Shown: in pieces, positions 58,928-64,000 of the stretch | Numbering within the stretch: position 1 is the stretch's first letter | How the letters are laid out: every line of letters starts with the position of its first letter | IMG/VR virus record: IMGVR_UViG_2791355504_000004 | Coordinates: 1,527-65,526 of that record | DNA length: 64,000 nt | Source: a virus | Lineage: Duplodnaviria; Caudoviricetes | Direction: 5' to 3' (one strand) | The notes under the pieces: model-generated | What the model saw: the letters and a program-made list of their open reading frames with translations, nothing else | Databases searched by the model: none | Told to the model about the DNA's origin: nothing | Made by a program: the position numbers and the translations under genes

Positions 58928-59517
58928 ACCAAATTTTTATTCAAGAGCTGCATGATGCTTTTGATGATGTTCATTTGGAAGATAGATTTACTCTCTTAGA
59001 AGAGGACTTTGCAGATACTAGTTACTTGAGAAGGTATCCTCATCAACAGCCTTATGATTTGAATGCTGTAGATTATTTTTCGAAGAGCAATCTACTCAAT
59101 GAAATAAAAAACAGTGACTTATTGGTTGGTGAAAAAAATGATTTAATTTTAGCAATTAATGAAGAGCAACGAGTTATTAATCATTATCGAACATGGGGAG
59201 TTGTACCATTTGAGTATTTGAATAAGTACGCACATGGATTTTACTTCATTACACCTGAGGCATATGTATTTTACACACCCGTTTTAATTTTAAACTTAGT
59301 TTTAAACCCAGAATTTTTTAAAGGTGTGGCTTTTGATAAGTGGCTTTCAAGATTATTAATGGAAGTAAATGAACATAACTCATTAACTTTATTTAATAAT
59401 AATCAGTCAAGATTAATAAAAAAATTTCTCAGTAATATTTTATTAAATAAATCTATTATTGATTTTATAGAGGCTGGAGACGTCAAAAGAGCCCTAGAAA
59501 AAATAAATAAAAATTAA
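58906..59517 (+). CDS. DUF6714-like putative immunity protein
   Basis: AFDDVHL...FYFITPEAYVFYTP pattern; overlaps the 3' end of the candidate toxin gene. Confidence 0.55.
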   Translation: MYKLSQVDQIFIQELHDAFDDVHLEDRFTLLEEDFADTSYLRRYPHQQPYDLNAVDYFSKSNLLNEIKNSDLLVGEKNDLILAINEEQRVINHYRTWGVVPFEYLNKYAHGFYFITPEAYVFYTPVLILNLVLNPEFFKGVAFDKWLSRLLMEVNEHNSLTLFNNNQSRLIKKFLSNILLNKSIIDFIEAGDVKRALEKINKN

Positions 59518-59616
59518 TCATTGATGTAGTTTATGGGGTAAAAGATCTATCAGGTTTTTTACCCCATTTTCAGGTTTCTAAATTATGCTTAAACAATACA
59601 TCATGATAAAGACAAA

Positions 59617-59901
59617 ATGAACATTACAAAAATTATTGCAGGGATCATTATTACATTCATGCTCGTAGGGTTGTGGGCTGCGAATGCGTCACAAACTCGA
59701 AATATTGATCCTGAGTGTGGCTTTGAAGATGGAAGTGAACAATGCAATGGCTATTTGTATGCAAAGTACAACCAGTTAAAAAGAATTGATCAATGTGATG
59801 ATGATAAAGTTGATCCAGAGATGCAGATTAATAAGGTCTTCATACAAGGCTGTGAGAGCTTTTTTTCAAAAAACTCTCAAGAGAAATACCCTCTTAGTTG
59901 A
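59617..59901 (+). CDS. Small exported Cys-containing protein
   Basis: N-terminal hydrophobic segment, four Cys. Confidence 0.65.
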   Translation: MNITKIIAGIIITFMLVGLWAANASQTRNIDPECGFEDGSEQCNGYLYAKYNQLKRIDQCDDDKVDPEMQINKVFIQGCESFFSKNSQEKYPLS

Positions 59902-59966
59902 AATGATAAAGCCCTTCTAAAAGAGCTCTATTCTAAGAATCTACACCTTGAATCTAAAATGATTTA

Positions 59967-60632
59967 TCAGGGAGCTGCTTTAGGCAAAGACGAAATTAAT
60001 TTAGCTTCATAGTCATTTAAAACATTGTCAATATTTTCAATCCATTTTGTACCATTGGCAACTTGTGCTGATCTAACGACTTTGCTGTAAACATGAATTG
60101 GTTCAGCTGGCGATTTCTTCGTATTGATGATATCAGTATCAATTTCAGAGTGAATTTTAATAGATGCAAATCCTGGTTGGAACCAAGACCAGAATTTATT
60201 AATTTTAATGTTTAAAACTAAGTCCGCATTCGCTCGGTTAGCGGCAGTATCTTCAAGAACTTCATAGCCTGATTTCTTAAGTGCTAAAGTTGTACGCTTC
60301 TTTAATAATTCAGAAACAGTTTCTTTCTCTAAAAGAATATCACCTAAAGCTTTTCCATAACTGTTTCGCTTTCGAGCTACAGCTTTTGCTTTTTCTTCTG
60401 CCGTAGCCTTAGCTAAACCATCTTTTAAAGATGGGATATCAGCAGTTGGTGGTTTATCTTGGAAAGTCCTGTGATCTTCAACAAGTGCAATAATCACTTT
60501 TTTAGAATTAGCAACTTCTTGTGTGGAAACTTGGTTAGGGGTTGGAACTTGGATAAGTCCACGAGATGTTGCACATCCCGAAAGCGTAGTGATTAATAAT
60601 CCCAAAGTTAGTATTAGAAAAGAATGTTTCAC
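59967..60632 (-). CDS. Lipoprotein (YajG-like) moron
   Basis: Lipobox LSGC; ARKRNSYGKALGD motif. Confidence 0.8.
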   Translation of the reverse strand: MKHSFLILTLGLLITTLSGCATSRGLIQVPTPNQVSTQEVANSKKVIIALVEDHRTFQDKPPTADIPSLKDGLAKATAEEKAKAVARKRNSYGKALGDILLEKETVSELLKKRTTLALKKSGYEVLEDTAANRANADLVLNIKINKFWSWFQPGFASIKIHSEIDTDIINTKKSPAEPIHVYSKVVRSAQVANGTKWIENIDNVLNDYEAKLISSLPKAAP

Positions 60633-60781
60633 AAAAATCCCTCAATATTTATATAGTTAGATGAAACCGCATAAATATAAAGAAACAGCATAAAGATTGA
60701 AAGATCATTATTCGTATTAATTGGAAAGTCTTTAAGTTTTTTCTAAGTGATAAAAACCCTTACTAAGGTAAGGGTTTTCGT

Positions 60782-61084
60782 TTAAAAGTGACTATAGCTT
60801 TCTTTGTAGTAAATAAATTTAAGTTGTTGAAATGCGATATACCCCCCTAAAAGCGTTGGCACCATATAAGTAGCGAAAAATACGACTTGGAATTCCGTAA
60901 AGTGTTCGCTTATGTACTGACCAAAATTAGGATAAAGGAACACAGCTCCTTTAAGTATGGTTGGGGCGACGTTAAGGAATGCGTAAGAAACTGCGACCCC
61001 AAACAATGCAATACCTACCGCCTGAGCCTTACCACTTAAAAAGCAGTTAGATACCCAAACAAAAAATCTAATTATCAAATCCAT
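60782..61084 (-). CDS. Small membrane protein
   Basis: 2-3 hydrophobic segments; AGAGGG RBS; downstream terminator 60753-60778. Confidence 0.7.
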   Translation of the reverse strand: MDLIIRFFVWVSNCFLSGKAQAVGIALFGVAVSYAFLNVAPTILKGAVFLYPNFGQYISEHFTEFQVVFFATYMVPTLLGGYIAFQQLKFIYYKESYSHF

Positions 61085-61187
61085 AGAAATCCCTCTTTAA
61101 TTTAGAACTTATTATATTGCTCATAATTTAACAAACATAAAGAGGGATTTGCATTAGAGCGTTAATTGGTGCCGCACTCATCAGATG

Positions 61188-62204
61188 TCATGCTGCAACT
61201 AACATCTTTGCAATTTCAGAAGCAGTAGGATTGTAATATGTGTTTACAAGTACGCTAATGGTTTTATGCCCTGTAATTTTAGCGAGAATTTCGACAGGTA
61301 GCTTATAGTTATGCACAAACCGAGTGATTGCTTCATGGCGTGTATCATGGAAATGAATTTTACCATCTAGGCCAACACGACGAAGATTGCGCTCCCAAAC
61401 TAATCTGAATGAATTCGATGTATGAGGGATGAGGCGATAATCACCTTCTGGAATATCAATCCACGTTAGCATTTCTTTAGCTCGAGCAGTTAATGGTACA
61501 TCACGATTGGTACCGTTTTTGGTATCAAATAGTTTGATGTAATCTTCAAATATATGCTCTTTACGTATACCTAAAATTTCACCTTTACGCATTGCTGTTT
61601 CAAGCGCGAATAAGAAGCCCCACGCAATAAAGTGCCTTGGTTGGGTTGGTTCTTTACCCCAGTGGTAATCCAACCCTTTTAAAATGGTTTCTTCATCTTC
61701 TTTAAATATACGTTGATGACGTGCAGGTGGGGTAGTTGGCTTTGAAATTTCTTTAAAGGGGTTATCTTTCGTCAAAAATAACTCTTTGCGGGCATAGTCA
61801 AATACAGAGCTGTACAAACCCATTTGACGAATGACAGTTCCTGATTTAACAGATTTAAGACGTTTATCTCGCCATTGCTTTACTTTGATAGGGGATAGAT
61901 CATGAATAGATTCTTCTGCTAAATCACCCCATTGGCTTTTTAAAGACTTAAGTTGCTGCAAAATAAAGGCAGCACTTTTCATTCTTTTACCAACTTCATT
62001 GTAGTATTGGTCAAGAAGGGAGTAAAAAGAGATATGAATTTTTTCAGCTTCCTCGGATTGAGGAGCTGAAGATTGTAGTTCGAGTAGTTTCTTTGCCGCC
62101 CATTGTTCGCATTCTTGAGCTGTATCTCGGGTCGCTGTGAAGCGATTTCCTTTGTAGCGAACAACAATACGCCAAGCATTGCCGCGTTTGACAGGTTTTT
62201 GCAT
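61188..62204 (-). CDS. int: Tyrosine recombinase (prophage integrase)
   Basis: TAMRKGEI (R), TKNG (K), FHDTRH, GHK, YY catalytic set; GGAG RBS before MQKP. Confidence 0.95.
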   Translation of the reverse strand: MQKPVKRGNAWRIVVRYKGNRFTATRDTAQECEQWAAKKLLELQSSAPQSEEAEKIHISFYSLLDQYYNEVGKRMKSAAFILQQLKSLKSQWGDLAEESIHDLSPIKVKQWRDKRLKSVKSGTVIRQMGLYSSVFDYARKELFLTKDNPFKEISKPTTPPARHQRIFKEDEETILKGLDYHWGKEPTQPRHFIAWGFLFALETAMRKGEILGIRKEHIFEDYIKLFDTKNGTNRDVPLTARAKEMLTWIDIPEGDYRLIPHTSNSFRLVWERNLRRVGLDGKIHFHDTRHEAITRFVHNYKLPVEILAKITGHKTISVLVNTYYNPTASEIAKMLVAA

Positions 62205-62216
62205 ATACACTCCAAA

Positions 62217-62282
62217 TTTCTGGTGTCGCAACGGCACCAAAATTTAGAAAAGGACAAAAGACCCTAACTTTTTTGGTGTCGG
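62217..62282. promoter_or_regulatory. Candidate integrase arm-type sites in the att region
   Basis: TGGTGTCG at 62221 and 62274, inverted CGGCACCAAAA at 62232, related TTGGTGCCGCA at 61166. Confidence 0.5.
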
Positions 62283-62414
62283 TGCGGAAATATAAAGCGT
62301 TTTTTAATGCGAAATTTGATTATTTTGAATAACCAAAGCTGACCTATCGACAATAAAAAACAAGCCGAAAAGTCCTAAAAACCTTTCAGCTTATTGATTT
62401 TAAAGAATAAATTT

Positions 62415-62490
<76 letters not shown>

Positions 62491-62554
62491 AATATGGATG
62501 TGCATTATAGAGAGTTTAATTTTACTGTCAACTCTCTATAATGCAATTGCTGAA

Positions 62555-63976
62555 TTAATCAGCACGACGCCATACAGTACCTTGGCGTGTATCTTCCAAA
62601 ACCACACCCTGATCCAATAGTGACTGACGAATGCCGTCAGCTTTTGCGAAATCCTTCGCTTTCTTCGCATCTTGACGTTGTTGAATGAGATCTTCAATGT
62701 CTGCTTCAGACAAGCCTAAAGCTTCTTGCCCAATATCTGACTTTAAAAACTCTTTAACGTCATGCTGTACCAGACCTAGAATGTTGGTGAGGTGACGCAA
62801 CGTTGAATAATAAATTGCTGCTTGTTCAGCATTTTCTTCTTTGACTGAACGATTGAGCTCTTTGTTAATTTCAAACAACACAGCAATTGCTTCGGCGGTA
62901 TTAAAGTCATCACGCATTGCAGCATTAAAACGTTCAACCAAAGCATTATCTAGCTGTTCAACCACATTGGTGCCGTATATTTGTTGATAGGCTTTGAATG
63001 AATGGTAGAAACGGCTTAATGTAGTTTTTGCTTCTTTTAAAGCCACATCTGAGAAGTTCACTGGGCTACGATAGTGTGAAGACACAATAAAGTAACGAAT
63101 GACTTCAGGATGGAATTTATCCATTACATCACGGATGGTGAAGAAGTTGCCTAAAGACTTCGACATTTTTTCGCCATCCACGTTAATAAAGCCCACGTGC
63201 ATCCAATAATTTACATATTGTTCGCCTGTCGATGCTTCACTTTGGGCAATTTCATTTTCATGGTGTGGGAACATGAGGTCCGAACCACCACCATGAATGT
63301 CAAAATGGTTGCCTAAGCAGCATGTTGACATGGCAGAACATTCAATATGCCAACCCGGACGGCCATTGCCCCAAGGCGAAGCCCAAGCAGGCTCATTTTC
63401 TTTGGCATGTTTCCAGAGTACGAAGTCGAAAGGATGTTTTTTCTCAACTTCCACATCAACGCGTTCCGATGCACCTGCTTGCATATCGTCAAGTTTACGA
63501 CCTGAAAGACGACCATATTTTGCAAATTTTTCTACTTGGAAATATACATCACCATTAGTTGCAGGGTAGGCTGTACCTTTATTAACCAAATTACCAATCA
63601 TGCTTTGCATTTGGTCAATATACTCTGTCGCGCGTGGTGCTTCATCGGGGTGTAAACAGCCCAAATTCTCAGCATCTTCATTCATAGCTTGAATAAAGCG
63701 GTCGGTAAGCGCAGTAATGCTTTCACCATTTTCGTTGGCGCGTTTAATAATTTTGTCGTCAATATCAGTAATGTTACGAACGTATTTGACGTTCCAGCCC
63801 TGACTACGTAAAAAACGAATGATATAGTCGAATGCAACCATTACACGCGCATGTCCAATATGACAGTAGTCGTAGACGGTCATGCCGCAGACATACATGT
63901 CGATATGACCTTCTTTACGCGGTACAAATTCTACTTTTTTACGTTGCTCTGAATTGTAAAGAACAAAAGGTTGCAT
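62555..63976 (-). CDS. cysS: Cysteine--tRNA ligase (host gene)
   Basis: [25 protein letters not shown] motifs. Confidence 0.98.
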   Translation of the reverse strand: MQPFVLYNSEQRKKVEFVPRKEGHIDMYVCGMTVYDYCHIGHARVMVAFDYIIRFLRSQGWNVKYVRNITDIDDKIIKRANENGESITALTDRFIQAMNEDAENLGCLHPDEAPRATEYIDQMQSMIGNLVNKGTAYPATNGDVYFQVEKFAKYGRLSGRKLDDMQAGASERVDVEVEKKHPFDFVLWKHAKENEPAWASPWGNGRPGWHIECSAMSTCCLGNHFDIHGGGSDLMFPHHENEIAQSEASTGEQYVNYWMHVGFINVDGEKMSKSLGNFFTIRDVMDKFHPEVIRYFIVSSHYRSPVNFSDVALKEAKTTLSRFYHSFKAYQQIYGTNVVEQLDNALVERFNAAMRDDFNTAEAIAVLFEINKELNRSVKEENAEQAAIYYSTLRHLTNILGLVQHDVKEFLKSDIGQEALGLSEADIEDLIQQRQDAKKAKDFAKADGIRQSLLDQGVVLEDTRQGTVWRRAD

Positions 63977-64000
63977 AGGGCTTACATATTGCGATAACAA

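Overview
Almost the whole window (1 to ~62415) is the right-hand part of a temperate, podovirus-type prophage of an Acinetobacter-like host; its left end lies outside the window. It is integrated at the 3' end of a tRNA-Gly(GCC) next to host cysS, with a tyrosine integrase beside the tRNA. Gene order: leftward recombination operon, lambda-like cI/cro switch with visible OL/OR operators, replication genes, terminase, portal, N4-gp56-type capsid, tail genes, ejection proteins, a P22 immI-like antirepressor region, lysis genes and morons. Most notable observations: (1) a complete type I-F CRISPR array with no cas genes in the window (leader, 16 identical repeats, 15 spacers) inside the virion gene region, where spacers 4 and 8 overlap on opposite strands and each supplies the CC PAM for the other; (2) an exported moron protein carrying a 29-residue near copy of a segment of the phage's own ejection protein, a candidate decoy superinfection-exclusion factor; (3) six copies of a CCCTSTAAGGYTAR motif heading late gene blocks; (4) candidate defence modules (HipA-like kinase plus DUF3037-like protein at the rexAB position; TIR plus membrane protein); (5) a giant polyvalent protein gene interrupted by one in-frame TAA and carrying an overprinted ORF; (6) an inovirus-like/Ntox16-like toxin-immunity pair. 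Family names come from motif recognition by eye, not from database searches.
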